Assembly: GCA_964016885.1 (NCBI GenBank) | Contig: OZ024740.1 | Span: 104,532,001-104,596,000, forward strand | Direction of reading: 5' to 3' | Length of the DNA stretch: 64,000 nucleotides | Source: Eledone cirrhosa | Lineage: Eukaryota | Part shown: piece after piece, positions 48,600 to 62,991 of the stretch | Position numbering within the stretch: the first letter of the stretch is position 1 | How the letters are laid out: every line of letters starts with the position of its first letter | Made by a program: the position numbers and the translations under genes | Notes under the pieces: model-generated | The model's input: the letters and a program-made list of their open reading frames with translations, nothing else | Told to the model about the DNA's origin: nothing | The model's database searches: none

Positions 48600-50160
48600 A
48601 GGTTATGATCCCAAGGGCAGATGTTGAGCATTGTGAGCTAGTGTGACAGCAGGCCATATAAGATGGTAGACACCCCAAATTACAAATGATTTACCAGGGT
48701 AGGCGCGGACCCTGTACCTGAAATGATGGTAGTGTGCCTAGGAGAGCAGTGACTCAGATTAAAAACGACTGCACAGGGCAGACATGGACTCCGCAAGGCA
48801 TAGTCACCGCAACTTGTCTAGGAAGGCAATAACTTCAATTAAAGACTATTGCATGGGGTAGACATTGGCTTCGTAAGCCGTAGTGAAGGCAACCCATCTA
48901 AGAGAGCAGACACTCCAAATAAAATCTAACACAGGGTGGAGAGGATTCTTGAGTTAAGTAAGACAACCCCATTAGTGCTGTTGGCATGAATAATGCACTC
49001 AATCCACACTAAGGTGGTTGGTGATAGAAAGGGTATCCATCCAGAAAAACCCTGCCATAAAACAGCACAACAAACATAATTCCCACAAATTGCATATACA
49101 GGGCTAACACTAGTCATGTTAGTGCTGTGCATGGTAGTTGGGTGGCCAGAGTAGCTATGTGTGAGAACCCTTCGACCGTCATCAAACAAACGCACAGCCT
49201 TTTTCCCTTTCATATACATAAAACTTCTAACCAAGCAAATAGCAACTGGCAAGATACAAAACTCAGGACTACCACCCTCAAAGCTGGCACCCTGAAAAGT
49301 AAATCATGTGAGATTGTGGAATTGCATAGATACAAGCTTTACTGGATAGGGAATGACAATGGGTTACTAGATGGTTACTAGCTGAGAAAGGGACAGATAA
49401 GGTGACAGAAGTAGTTAGAGTAAGCAACATAATTATCAAGCTTTGATTAGCTGTGGGAAATTTAATGGTGACAATTACATCTACCTATGCCACACATGCA
49501 GGACTGAGTAAAAAACAAAAAGACAGATTCTATGGAGGACTTTTACAGACAACTTCAGGTACCGGTAAAGGTGACCTCATCATCTTGGCAGTGGTCTTCA
49601 ACAGACATGTGAGGCAGTACCAGGACGGATTCAGTGGAGTTCATGGCAGCTATGGTTATGGCTCAAGAAATGAAGAGGGATTGAGACTCATGGAATTCTG
49701 TGACACAAATGAACTAACCAATTGCAACCCAAATTTCAGGAAAACAGCCAACCACCTGATCTCATATCAATTAGGTGAACACAAAAATCAAACTGACTAT
49801 TTACTTGTTAGACAACAAGAGAAACAGACTCTAATAAATATTAAGGCCTTCCCTAGGGAAGAATGCACTGCTCAGCACAAGTTAGTTATAATGACACCAA
49901 AATAAGCCCAAGACAGAACAAGACACACAGGAAAATATGGAGACGGAGGGTCTGGAAACTAAAGGATCACTCAGTTAATTATAAGTTTAGAAAGGCTCTA
50001 CAGGATGCGTTTGATGAGAAAAGTGACGAGCTAGATACCTATGACGCACAGGACAAACTTTTGCAAACTACTGACTAGACTTGTGGCTGGAGTACAGCAC
50101 CACCCAATCAAAGGGTAATCTGGTGGTGGAGCCACTCAGTAGTAAGAGCCATCAAAGCCA
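48600..50160 (+). mobile_element. Old RTE 5' portion (5'UTR plus decayed APE endonuclease)
   Basis: ORF 49453-49905 is homologous to the APE of the 1040-aa ORF; upstream GCAACCCATCTAAGAGAG...ACTCC motif. Left boundary approximate. Confidence 0.75.
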
Positions 50161-50343
50161 GCATGGTATAGCAAGCCACATCGGACACTGGAATAGTTCC
50201 TTTATTTTCCTCGGAAGAAGATATATTAATCTTCAAATATCAGGACATGAATAAATTAAGGTAAAAACAAGCTCTGTTTCTTGCAATTTAATTAGTCTCT
50301 GTCCAAACCTGAATTGTCAGAGCTTTCAAACTTTGAATTCTTC

Positions 50344-50386
50344 TATATACAAATATATATATATATACACACATATATACAAACAC

Positions 50387-50417
<31 letters not shown>

Positions 50418-50471
50418 TATATACATACACACACACATATATACATACACACACACATATATACATACACA

Positions 50472-50523
<52 letters not shown>

Positions 50524-50680
50524 CACATCTATATACACACACATCTATATATACATATATATATACATACACACACACATACATATATATATACATATAT
50601 ATATACATACATATATATATACATATATATACATACATATATATATACATATATATACATACATATATATATATATATAT
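50344..50680. repeat. Compound (TA)/(CA)/(TACA) microsatellite
   Basis: Directly visible. Confidence 0.95.
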
Positions 50681-51212
50681 AAGTGCAGGGCGATCAAAAT
50701 TGATAGGAGTTACAGAGTAGGTAGACCCAGAAAAACCTGGGACGATTTGATAAATTCCGACCTTACACTCTTGCACCTCTCTAAGAAAATGTCACTGGAT
50801 CAAGATCTTTTGCACCACGCAGTAATACAGAAGACTCGCCTTGCCTATGTACAAAGCGAAACCTACAGTCAGTAGGCACCTCTTAACCAAATATACACCC
50901 CAATCGACTACCCCTACACTATCCTCCCACTCCCACCAACACCACCCTCTCTCTGTAAAGTTGGTACCACAACATCCAGTCCAAATAAATGAGATAATGA
51001 GATCGAGATCATGTAGGTGTCACGACAAAAAAAAACACACAGTCCATGCTGTAAATGTGGTTGGTGTTAGGAAGGGCATCCAACCATAGAAAACCTGCCA
51101 GATAGTCCTGTATGAGCGAGACACGGTCACCCGACCAACCTTGACTCAAATTGGGACAACTCCCATCTAACCCATGCTAGCGTGGAAGATGGACGTTAAA
51201 CGATGATGATGA
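50680..51212 (+). mobile_element. RTE 3' fragment (A-related)
   Basis: KCRAIKID...GRPRKTW; (GAT)n tail. Confidence 0.9.
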
Positions 51213-51271
51213 AATATATATATATACATATATATATACATAAATATATACATACATACATATATACATAC

Positions 51272-54200
51272 ATCAGGCCATATAAGACCATACATAGATA
51301 GTCAACGCGATCAGTCGCATATTTTGGCATGGGAGACTATTTATTAAATTTAAGATGAATACTATCTCTGACAGTAATGCCACAACTACAGTCAGGTTGA
51401 ATAACTGGTTATTCTTCTAACTATCCCTTCTGAAGACACCTTTTATTCGAATTCGTAGAGATATCCGACTAAATACATAATTCATTTAACAAGGATTTGC
51501 TACAAACAGCATGGCTGAACACAACATCAACAAAAAAATTAAGGAAGTACTGAAGACAAATAACAAGGAAGGTAATCAAACTTTATGCAGTTGTAGCTAC
51601 AGAAGAAGCCGAAATTATAAATCGCATTTCTCTTGGAGTTGCGAACTTAATAATGATTTATTTAATTGTTATAAAATGGCAAAAAAGAATCCCTCCATTG
51701 GCTATATGAATAGAATGAAGCTACACTGGGACGAAATGCACCCAGAGCTAAATTATTTCACAGCGAAACAATTACGCCAACAAGCGACGTTTGTTGAGCG
51801 TAAAAATAAGATAAATATTATTAATTGTAAGTCCTCCACAACAAACATGTTATCAACAACACGTGCTACAGGTCGCCATGCTACTAGACTTCCTAGCAGC
51901 CAGGTCAAACAGCGTCTTGAAACAACTATGCCTGTAAGAAACTTGACACCACCTGTACCATCTAAGTCTACCTCGAATGCTGGGGAAAAACACTATCGAT
52001 AATAATAATAATAGAAGAAATTTGACACCACGTGTACCATCCGAGTCTACCTCGACTATTGTGGAAAATACTATCGATAATGATAATCAAAAGTATAAAC
52101 AATTGAAAATTTCCCTCAATGAAATCTTCCAGAGAGAAATTAACTCATGTATAAATATCTCTCTTGATGAACGTGTTAAAACGACAATGTTGTATAAAAA
52201 ACCAAATAATTGTTTCTACTTTAGGCACAAGGCCAGCAATTACCCAGTTCATTACTGGTACTTTATTTTATCGACCCCGTAAGGATGAAAGGCAAAGTCA
52301 ACCTCGGCGGGATTTGAACTCAGATCGTAAAGGGACATAACTATGGTGGAAAGCATGGCGTCCGACCCTCTACCGATACTGCCAATAAATCAAATAATGA
52401 AATATTACGTGTTATTGACGAAATAGGGGATGAATATTTACGACGGATAAAAACCCTAACATTTTGGCAAATCAACGCCTGTTTATATGCCTTAGCAATG
52501 ACAGTGAAACATTATCTTGGTGATAGCAGAGATATTAACAAGAACAAAACACCACCAAAAATACCATCATATATAACTAAAATAGAAAAAAAGATTGCTG
52601 ACCTACGAAAAACTAAAGGATATGTATGTGACAATGCTCCGTACATGCAAATAAACACAAAAAAACTCACTCCTCACCAACAAAGAGTGAAAAATAAAAT
52701 AGAGACGATGTTTGGTAACAGTAGAACCAGAACTCTCCAATATAAGCTGATCACCCTCAAACAAGAATTGAGAGCTGTTAGCGAAAAACACTGATACCCG
52801 AAGAAGGTAGACGAGAGAAAAGTGCTTAATAAAAGATTCAGACGAAACCAAACATCAGTCTATAGAGATATGAAGGGCAAAATAACAAGTGTCACTGAGG
52901 CCCCATCCCAGAAAGACAGATTCCTTTTGGAGCAAAATATGGGGTGAAAAGAAGAATTTCAACCAAGATGCAGTGTGGCTAAGAGAAATCCGAAAGAACT
53001 ATTACTCCTACACTACAACAAAAACATACAAAATAAGTAAGGGTACTCTTGAGACTGTGATAGGAAAACTCCAAGATAAGAAAACACCAGGAAGAGACAT
53101 GATTGTCGGCTACTGGTACAAGAAACTGATATTCTATCCGAGGTATCTTACTGACCTCTACCAACAAGTTCTTAAGGGAGATACACTTAAACCAGAATGG
53201 TTGACATTAGCAAAAACATTACTGGTCCCCAAGAACAAAGACACCCACTTGGCAAAAACTACCAACCCATTGCATGCCAGAACCTGATGTATAAGATGTA
53301 TACAGCCTGCCTGAACCTATTCCTCCAAGATCACTGTGAAAATAATAACATCATTACAGATGAACAAGCAGCTGGAAAAAAGGGGGTTTGGGGATGTGCT
53401 GAACAACTCCTAATCAATAAAACTGCGATGTCGGAGGTGCGACAACTCAGGAGGAATATGACTACAGTCTGGCTGGACTACAGGAAAGCTTTTGATTCTG
53501 TTCCCCACTCTTGGATGATAGAGGCCCTCCAACTTGCTAAAGTCCCAGACATTATTGTCAGAGTCATAGAGAGGCTGTCTTCTTCTTAGGCTACTATCCT
53601 AAGGTTAAAGACAGAGAGGGAGGACTATTTTCACTGATAAAATAAAATATTGCAGGGGTATATTTCAGGGGGACAGTCTCTCTGTGATATTATTCATCTT
53701 GTCATTAAACCCCTTGTCCTTTCTGCTCAAGAAATGTGAGGGATACATCATCGGCTCACAGGAGGACAGAAATACGAACCTAACCCATAATTTCTTTGTG
53801 GATCTGAAACTCTATGCCAAGAACACGGATGGGATGAAGAAAAATCTTGACCTGGTTACAACGTTCTCAAAGGATATAGGAATGGAGTTTGGCCAAGATA
53901 AATGCTCATACATGACTGTAAAGCGGGGTAAAAACAACAACCTAATCTAGCCACTTTGTCATCAATGGCCTAACTGTTTCACCGATATCTGATGAGGACT
54001 GCTACAGATACCTGGAGATAGATAAGAACATATCCTATAATGGTATCTGTAATAAAGAACGCGTAACCAAGGAATACTACACCCGATTAAGAAAGATCTG
54101 GTCATCGGAACTCTCGGCGCAAAACAAAACAGTGGCTCACAATGTGTTTGCTGTTCCTGTCCTAACACCAACGTTTGGAATACTCAATTGGACGATAGAC

Positions 54201-55556
54201 GAAATCCGAGCAGTTGATGTTGGAACTCGAAAAATACTGAACAACACCGGAAACTTCCTCATCAATAGTGACATAGACCGCCTTTACTTGAAACGTAAGC
54301 AGGGAGGCAGAGGCCTAAAATCAGTCCAGACATTTGAATGTCGCATCATATCTCTCCGCAACATCTCTGAACCTCGAAGCGTAGGAGCCCGTTTCTCAAG
54401 CAAGTCTATCTGCATGAAACAGATAAGATCAGGACAGTTGGGAAGGAACTCCTCGAGAGAAATTCCGTGTGATAATCAAAAACTCACACCCAGGGAAGTC
54501 GCTCAGCAGTATCGCAGTGAATCCATGGATGAAAAACTGCATGCCTATCAGCAAAAAATCATGCATGGATATGTTGCCAGGAAGCTCCAGAGTGAGAGTA
54601 ATATAGATAAGGAAAGTAGCCTATCTTGGATCAACAACCGCTATATAGGCTCCCACTTTGAAGGATACGCTTTTGCAATCCAAGAACAGGAGATTAACAT
54701 GAAATACCTGATTCACAAAAGAGATAAGGATGCAGGCAAAACACCTAGATGTAATAACAAGTGCAGACTCTGCAGAACTAACATCAAGGATATCACCCAT
54801 GTCATCGCGGTACTATCTACCTATGAGGCATGATGTAGTGGCCAAAACACTGTACAATGCAGTTCGTAAAAAAGATAGCCCCGATAATAAACACATTAAA
54901 AGCTACAGCAATGTGGAAGACATCCATATACATAATATGAAAGAGTACTGGTGGAATGTTCCAGTAAAAACCCCAATAAAATGCAGGCATAACAGGCCAG
55001 ATATTATGATATGGGGCAGGGAGAAGAAAGCATGCACAGTAGTGGAAATTAGCTGCCCAGCAGATGCCAATATAATATCAAAGATTAGCGAAAAGGAGAA
55101 TATTTATGCAGAACTGATGAGAAATTTGCAGATACTCCACCCTGATTACACCTTCAGATTTATGCCTGTGATTATTGGGGCACTGGGGTATGTTAGTAAC
55201 TGCCTCAATACAAATCTTGAGAAGCTGGGCTTCACAGGAACAGAAAGAACACCACTAGCTAGGAAATTACAAGTACAATCCATTAATGGAACAGTAAAAA
55301 TATTTAAAACATTCCAAAAATGTTACATCTAATAACTGCATATACACATGTACAGATACAAAGTATATACATATGCACACATACAACTCAAAACATCCAC
55401 ATCCACACATACAATAACATCCATATCTACACATCCATGCATACATAATCTACCTAGTTGATGTTGAGTAAATTCCAAAGAGAGAGTCTTGTGTCTATGT
55501 TAGAAACCGACTCTCTCTTTATTGGGAAAAACTTTGTGAAATTATAAAACCAGAAG

Positions 55557-55560
<4 letters not shown>
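51272..55560 (+). mobile_element. Degenerate near full-length R4/Dong-type (RLE) non-LTR retrotransposon
   Basis: N-terminal W..E.N..L..CY...GY..RM...W motif; RT (NYQPIAC, WLDYRKAFDSVPH, GIFQGDSLS); CRLC..I.H knuckle; RHD; RPDI...VEISCP RLE. Many frameshifts. Confidence 0.9.
52211..52386 (-). mobile_element. Family-1 SINE inserted in the R4/Dong element
   Basis: Reverse complement of the 2713 SINE; 12-bp TSD AAA(C/T)CAAATAAT at 52199-52210 and 52387-52398. Confidence 0.9.
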
Positions 55561-55598
<38 letters not shown>

Positions 55599-55600
<2 letters not shown>

Positions 55601-55749
55601 GAGGATTATATATCATTGTGTGACGATATGCAAAACATGTTATAGCGTTCTGATACTATTTATTCCTAATACTGCTTTTCATCTGTTTCAGATTGATTTA
55701 TTGATACAAATAAAGTGGATGTATTATGAAAAGAGTTTGTGCTCATTTA
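55599..55749 (+). repeat. Outer element 5' LTR (TA...TA)
   Basis: Matches 62992-63147 apart from a small indel and a few substitutions. Confidence 0.9.
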
Positions 55750-55962
55750 TGATGGACATCTGAAGAGGCTGTAAAATCCCAACCAGTGCCAACGTCAACA
55801 AAACAAGACGCACCGCCATTTGTGAATATCATCAATTCCGAGAGCACCTACACTCAGTGGACGGCGTGGCTCTCTACAAAGACCGCATTGTCATCCCACC
55901 ATGACTCTGACACGACGTTCTAACAGCACTCCACTCCGCCCACCAAGGTATATCTTCTATGT

Positions 55963-56197
55963 TTTAGCAGTATTAGTTATAGATGTTATCGAGATACGAG
56001 TGACATAATAATTATTTCAACAGCAGAAATTAGAGATGAAATATACGTTTATTTTTTGATGTAGCACAAACAATGGTGTTGTACAGAGGCTGGTTTCTTG
56101 CGTGTGATCAGTCGGCTTTCCAGTGGCTGTCTGTCATTTCTTTCTGGCGTTCTCAACCGGCGTTGTTCTATCAAGGAGCGTGAAGCGTCTTACTACA
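55963..56197 (-). repeat. Inner element 3' LTR
   Basis: Direct repeat of 61232-61466. Confidence 0.95.
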
Positions 56198-56425
56198 GTA
56201 CCTCGAGCCAGATTTTCAAATTATCGAAAATCGATGTCATTACTCACATGTGGAGTAAGATGGCGAACAATGCAACAAGGGGGAGCTATCCGCTCTAGCA
56301 AAAATTGAATCCAGAACAAGGATTTGAAAAATGTTAAAAAAAAAAAGCGACATGCATGCATAAAAAAACAAGGCAAAGAAAAAGCAGAAACACAGAGGCA
56401 AAAAAAAAGGTGCAGCTAACATAGT

Positions 56426-58123
56426 CTAAATATAGACGGTGCTGCAAAATTTTTTGGGCCAGTGGACCCTACGACCTGAACGGGTCGTGGTCTTGTAACG
56501 TGGCGATGGTGGTGGTGTCGGGACAGGCGATGATGGTGGTTCAGGAACAGGCGTTCGCTCAACAGGCAAATACGAAGGGGTTCGTGGATCAGGAACCACA
56601 GCGTCCGTGTCAAGGAGCGCTTGCTTAAGCCTGTCTAATGTAACTGTCTCCCTGGACCCTTTAATATCTAAAGTGAAATGCTTAGCCGAGCGCGCTAAGA
56701 CGCGGTAAGGTCCAGTGTAAGGCTGTGTGAGTGGGGGCTTCACCGTATCATTCCTTACAAAGACATGCGTCCACGAGGCAATATCCCTCGGGACAGCAGT
56801 CTTGACAGTTTGTTTCCTAGTGTCCATTGGCGGCAAATCCTGGAAATAGGAGCGCAAACAGGACACGTAGGAAGCGTGATCTTGGGCATCAAGATCGATA
56901 GCGGCAAGCATTTGCCCGGGCAACGTCAGAGGGGCACCGTACAGTACTTCGGCCGGTGAAAATCCAAAGTCGACCTTCACCGTTGACCGAATCCCTAGTA
57001 GCACAATAGGGAGGTACTCGCTCCAATGCGCCGAGTCCATTGAGGCCATTAAGGAGGCCTTCAGTTGGCGGTGAAAACGCTCCACCATACCATTCGAAGC
57101 GGGTTGGTACGCCGTAGTTCTAATGCGTTTAGCACCAATTAATTTTGACAGCTCAAGGAAAAGGCTCGACTCGAACTGTCGTCCACGGTCGGTAGTTATT
57201 GTGGATGGAACTCCATATCGAGAGATCCATCCAGACACCAGAGCACGTGCTGTTGTCTCCGCGGTGATGTTTTTCAAGGGGATGGCCTCAGGCCATCTCG
57301 AAAAACGGTCAATGACGGTAAGTAGATAAGAAAAACCATCGCTGACAGGCCAAGGTCCCACTATGTCAATATGAATATGTGAAAAACGCGCATCTGGGTT
57401 AGCAAAGGTACCCAGGGGAGCCTTGACGTGTCGATGGACCTTTGATCTCTGGCAAGCGACGCAGGAACGGCACCAAGCAGCAATTTCACGCCTCATATTT
57501 GGCCAGAAAAATCTAGCTGATATGAGGTTTGCTGTGGCAGAAGATCCTGGATGCGAGATACAATGTAATCCCAGAAACACGGTCCGACGATGATTCTCTG
57601 GAACGAAGGGCCTAGGCATGTCCAAAGAGACGTCACAGAGAATTTGGCCAACTGCAGTCGACAGAGGCAAGTATTTCATCTCGCAATTCACAAACTCGGG
57701 CGATGTGACATCCAATGACTCAAGGGGAGGCTGATCCCCAGCCAATCGAGTCAGATCTATGTCAGAGGATGACGAGATCGCTGTCACGGGTAAGCGGGAC
57801 AAAGCATCAGCCGCTGTATTTAGTGAACCCGGAATGTGCTGGATATCACTCGTATATTGCGAGATGAAATCAAGGTGTCTCGTCTCTCTGGGCGAGTATT
57901 TATCAGCCTTCGCTCTCAAAGCAAAAGTCAATGGTTTATGGTCAGTGAGGATAGTAAATTGTCTACCCTCTAGCACATGTGAAAAATGTTTCACGGCCAA
58001 ATAGATGGCTAAAAGCTCTCTTCCAAAGGTGCTGTAGCGTGTCTCAGCAGGATTTAGCTTTTTGGAAAAAAACTCCAGCGGTTGCTGGTAACCATTGATG
58101 TTTTGCTGTAGCACTGCGCCCAC
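56426..58123 (-). CDS. Gypsy RNase H-integrase (open segment of pol)
   Basis: [50 protein letters not shown]. Confidence 0.9.
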   Translation of the reverse strand: MGAVLQQNINGYQQPLEFFSKKLNPAETRYSTFGRELLAIYLAVKHFSHVLEGRQFTILTDHKPLTFALRAKADKYSPRETRHLDFISQYTSDIQHIPGSLNTAADALSRLPVTAISSSSDIDLTRLAGDQPPLESLDVTSPEFVNCEMKYLPLSTAVGQILCDVSLDMPRPFVPENHRRTVFLGLHCISHPGSSATANLISARFFWPNMRREIAAWCRSCVACQRSKVHRHVKAPLGTFANPDARFSHIHIDIVGPWPVSDGFSYLLTVIDRFSRWPEAIPLKNITAETTARALVSGWISRYGVPSTITTDRGRQFESSLFLELSKLIGAKRIRTTAYQPASNGMVERFHRQLKASLMASMDSAHWSEYLPIVLLGIRSTVKVDFGFSPAEVLYGAPLTLPGQMLAAIDLDAQDHASYVSCLRSYFQDLPPMDTRKQTVKTAVPRDIASWTHVFVRNDTVKPPLTQPYTGPYRVLARSAKHFTLDIKGSRETVTLDRLKQALLDTDAVVPDPRTPSYLPVERTPVPEPPSSPVPTPPPSPRYKTTTRSGRRVHWPKKFCSTVYI

Positions 58124-58152
58124 AGCGATATCCGATGCATCAACACAAAGCG

Positions 58153-60351
58153 TCAGCTTTGCACCGGGTGAGTCAGTAACGAAGCATTAGCCAAAACAGT
58201 TTTGGCGTGCTGAAAATCAGCAAGTTGAGTGTCTGTCAAAGAAATATCTTTGTTCTTTCTCCGACAATTTTTCAAAATTTCTGTCAGGGAGAAAAGCAAT
58301 TTTGCACAATTTGGCACGAAACGCCTATAAAAGTTAACCAGACCTAAGAACTGGCGTAACTGACGTAGTGAGGTCGGTGGAGGCAAATCCTCTATGACCT
58401 TAACTCGCTCAGGCCAGGGTCGAATACCGTCAGCATCGATGACGTGACCCAAGAAAGTCAGTGACTCAGCACCAAAAACACATTTGGGTGCATTAAGCTG
58501 CACGTTATACGCCTTCAATCGGCGGAAAAGAAGATTCAAATGGTGCGTATGCTGCTCTGGAGAAGAACTAGCAATGAGCAGGTCATCAATATAGGTATAG
58601 ATGAAATCGAGGCCGCGAGTAACCTCATCCATAAACCGCTGAAAAGTACTAGCGGCATTCCTTAATCCGAACGGCATAGTCAAAAACTCGAAAGACCCAA
58701 ATGGCGTAACTATAGCCGTTTTTGGAATGTCATTTTTATGGACAGGAATTTGATGGTACGCACGAATTAAATCCAGTTTGGCAAATATCTTGCATCCCTG
58801 CAACGAAGACGCAGTCTTGCAGATGAGGGATAGGATAACGGTCCGGAACAGTTATCGAATTCAGGCGTCGATAATCTCCAGTAGGTCTCCAATCGCCATT
58901 CGCTTTCGGTACCATGTGTAATGGGGACGCCCACGGGCTCGTGGACGGACGAATAATCCCCATTTGCAGCATATGATCAAACTCTGATCGTGCTGCTTTG
59001 AGTTTGTCCGGAGGCAAGCGACGAGGACGAGAGAAAACGGGAGCACCAGTTGTAGATATGAAGTGCTCCGTGGTATGAGTTGGTTCATCAAATCGAAAAT
59101 TTCCCCGAGTCAGTTGCGGGAACGAGTTCAACAACGCATGGAAAGGATCACCGGTGTTAGCAAGAAAAAATGTCGGGCTAACCGTTGGAACTCCTGCTGC
59201 CTTGCCAACAACAGTTAATCCCGTGATGCCATCAATTAGGCGTTTACCACGAAGGTCCACCGTCAATGAAAAATGGTGGAGAAAATCCGCGCCTAGAATC
59301 GGATACGGCAAGGCAGCGACAGTAAATATCCATTTAAACTCGCGCCGCAGATTACGAAACTGCAAAGGTAACGAGATTTGTCCGAAAGTTCGAATAGGCG
59401 AACAATTTACTCAATAACTCAATAGGCGTCTCAGGGGGAGTCTCCTTCATACAATACACAGGCCATACGGAACAAGCTGCACCTGTGTCAACCAGAAAAG
59501 CTCTACCTGACAGCAGGTCCTCAATGAAAAAGTGGCGGTTAGATGTCGTTTCGCAGAGCGCACTATCCGCCGTTAGTGACTCTGGTCGTCTTTTCCCTCG
59601 TAAGCACAACGAGGCCTACAACGGGCGGCTTTTTTACCATATCTTTCATGGTAATAACAATATGGTGTTCCTGGTGTGTTGGAAGGGCTACGGTGGCGAG
59701 AAGTTGAATAACGTCGTGAGCGGCTCCTCTGCCGTCCAAAGGACCTGAATTCCTTGCACAACTCCGCCATTTGACGAGTCATGGCTTCCATTGTGGTGAT
59801 TAAATTGCCATCAGATGCTGATGAGCGTGATTGAGGAAGAGAAGAGGAAGCAACGTACTTTGGCTTCGAAGTGTCTCTCTTCGTCACCTCTACAATTTTG
59901 TCAGCAGAGACAGCAATGTGATCCAGCGTATTCACCTCTAGCATATGGGCTAGGATCGCCTGTACCTCTTGAGGTAGGCGAGAGAAGAACAATTGCTTCA
60001 GGAAAGGGCTATCCTGATCTTGGGAATTGCTCAAATCCCGCAAATGCCGGAGAAAAGCGGTAGGAGTCCTGTCACCTAATCGTTCGTCCTCGATCAATGA
60101 CCGAAAACGACTCTCTACCGACTTACAATTCCTCCTCAAAATCTTGCCCTTCAAAAACTCATACGTCAAGTCAGAGGGGGGGGGTCTGTAATTAGGTCTT
60201 GGACCGAATCTGCTAGATTAGGGGGAAGGCCGCTAATCAGTACAGCGAGGCGCTGGTCAGATTCGGTCTTACAGACCGTAAAATACGCCTGTAACTGGGC
60301 AAACCACATCTTAGGTTTTCCAGTAAAGGCGGGCAAATGTGGCACATTCAT
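58153..60351 (-). pseudogene. Gypsy gag-protease-RT, frameshifted
   Basis: ORF pieces 60166-60414, 59573-60169, 59352-59609, 58736-59365 and 58153-58803. Confidence 0.9.
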
Positions 60352-61231
60352 GTTAACTTTTCTAAAAAAAATATATACATATATATCTAAACAGCAATTA
60401 ATGTACCCTTGCACAGTGAAAAGAGAACAGCCAATATTGAGAAAAAGTTAAAGGGCAAAAAGAAGCAGACATTCAAAACATAAGGAAAAATACATAAAAT
60501 ACAGATATATATCTTTTAAAAAAAAAAATTTTCCTTCAACGTCTGTCCCCTCGCGTTGCTTCAACGAACCAGCCAAATCAAATAAGGTAAAAAAAAAAAA
60601 AAAGGAGGAAAAAAATGTTTGTTTTTTTTTTAAATATATCCGCGTTGGATATCAATTTAGCCAGTGGCTAAAAATCCCTTAGAAAAAGGTAAGGCATGTA
60701 TATCCCCATGCGGGGCAGTTATGTTCACAAAAAAAAGTTTAGTCTCTTCTCTCTTGATCAGTCATGGAACACACACGCAATTCAAAAAATGTGTCCGTTA
60801 CAAAACTGGGAAGGAACGCAACGCCACCTTGGAAAAATACACTTTTTTCTTTTTTCTTCTGTAAGTTGCGAAAAAGTTGGCAACGGAAATGAAATATTCA
60901 AGTGAATAAAAAAAAGTTGCTCTAAATTATCGACACGAATGAATCGTTTTGATATTTCCGATGTGTGGTGGTTTGCGTCGGTAAGGCTATGAAGCTGCCA
61001 CTCACTATTCCCTGTTTTGGTCAGTGGTTAAACAATGTTGTCGCTGCTGCTGCTGTCGTTGTTGTTGTCGAGTGTAGCAAAAAGTTTTTGAAATACTACT
61101 AATTTTTCAATAATTTTAAAAGGAATATTTTTTATTTTCGCAAGTTGCGAAAAAAAGGCCGGCAACGTGGCAATAAAAGTTCAACTGAATGAAAAAGAAG
61201 GGCTGCGATAAATTCTTACGTCGGTCACCAC

Positions 61232-61466
61232 TTTAGCAGTATTAGTTATAGATGTTATCGAGATACGAGTGACATAATAATTATTTCAACAGCAGAAATT
61301 AGAGATGAAATATACGTTTATTTTTTGATGTAGCACAAACAATGGTGTTGTACAGAGGCTGGTATCTGGCGTGTGATCAGTCGGCTTTCCAGTGGCTGTC
61401 TGTCTTTTCTTTCTGGCGTTCTCAACCGGCGTTGTTCTATCAAGGAGCGTGAGGCGTCTTACTACA
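61232..61466 (-). repeat. Inner element 5' LTR
   Basis: TGT...AAA on the minus strand, followed by the PBS. Confidence 0.95.
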
Positions 61467-62991
61467 ATGTCAAGGGCCGAATCGTCTGTCTTCTGGCCTG
61501 GAATTACAACAGCAATCACAGAGCTCAGGAATACATGTGCCCACTACAATCGGATGGCACCGTCTCAACGATGTGTTCCACCTACCCCGCCAGTATACTC
61601 TGTTTATCCCTTCCAGTGTATTTGCGCTGACTACTTCCACTACAAAGACATGAACTATTTGGTCATTGTTGACAGATACTCCAACTGGCCGATTGTAGAG
61701 AGATCTCGGGAAAGTGCCAAAGGCCTAATTGACATTTACGCCGTACATTTGTCACTTTTGGAATTCCAGACGAACTGTCCTCAGATGGTGGCTCTGAGTT
61801 TACAGCCTCAGCAGCCAGGGATTTCTTGAAAAACTGGGGTGTCCATCATCGACTCTCTTCAGTCGCCTTCCTCCACAGCCACTGTCGGGCAAAAGTCGGT
61901 GTTAAAACTGTGAAACGTCTCATTACAGACAACACGGGACCCAACGGCGAGTTAGACATGGACTCACTGCAATGCGCCATGCTGCAATACAGAAACATCC
62001 CAGACAGAGACACCAAGTTATCCCCTGCGATGTGTGTTTTTGGTAGACCCATTAAGGATTTCATTCCAATCCTTCCCGGCCGCTACAAGCCTCATGACAC
62101 CTAGCGTGACACACTTGCCTTGAGAGAAGATGCCTTCAGAAACAGGCACATGAAGATTGCAGAACGCCTTTCTGAACACACCAAGCGATTGCCACCCCTT
62201 GTCATTGGAGATCTCGTGCGAATACAAAATCAAACAGGCCCTCAACCATTAAAATGGGACAAAACAGGCTGTGTGATTGAAGTTCATTAGTTTGATCAGT
62301 ATGTCATACGCGTGGATGCATCAGGCAGAGTGGCTCTTCGAAATCGGAAATTTCTAAGAAAGTACACCGCTGTTCATCCACCGAGGGCACAGATCACCTA
62401 ATCAAACGACTTACCCCATCGATCCAAACAAAGACAACAAGGTATGTCTTTCTCACTCCACCAACCATTTATTCCGGAGCCCCTGCTCGCAAAGGACACC
62501 ACCAAAGCTCCTCAAAACCCTACAGATCTACAAATGACACCATCACCTAACCTGACAATGCTTGACATCCAGCCATCACCACCATCGCCATAACGCCCAG
62601 CTATCCAGCCACCAGAGTTACATCCCCTAGCCTACCACACTACATTCAAAACAAGTAGCACAACACCTACCCCAACACCCTGCCTAACACCCTCCCTGAC
62701 CAACACACAAGAACTAACACTAAGACGCTCCTCCCGGGCCAAGAAGGAGCCCACCTGGCTCAGTGATTATGTGCATGTGATTGGGGCAGAATAATCCCCG
62801 GGCCTGAGGGTAGTCTGCCCAGTGATCGCCCTTCTCCTTTCGGTTTGTGTTATTGTTTCTATTAATGTTAATTGTTCCCACCTGGCCAGGATGTCACTGT
62901 GTTCAAAACATTCAGTTTATTCTCATATCTGACTCTAGTCTTAAATCCTTGCTATATACGTCAGCAAATATACCAATGACTTGGAGGGGGA

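Larger units (their letters stand above)
55963..61466 (-). mobile_element. Inner Gypsy element, CsRN1/Kabuki-like, full length but frameshifted
   Basis: 235-bp LTRs (4 differences counted); 4-bp TSD ATGT; PBS TGGTGACCGACGT (tRNA-Trp-like); gag CHCC; protease LVDTGA; RT YIDD; RNase H-integrase. Confidence 0.95.

Noticed and set aside
50260-50305. Degenerate minus-strand hammerhead (CTAATTA...GAAACAGAGCTTG)
   Set aside because: Core too mutated and stems weak.
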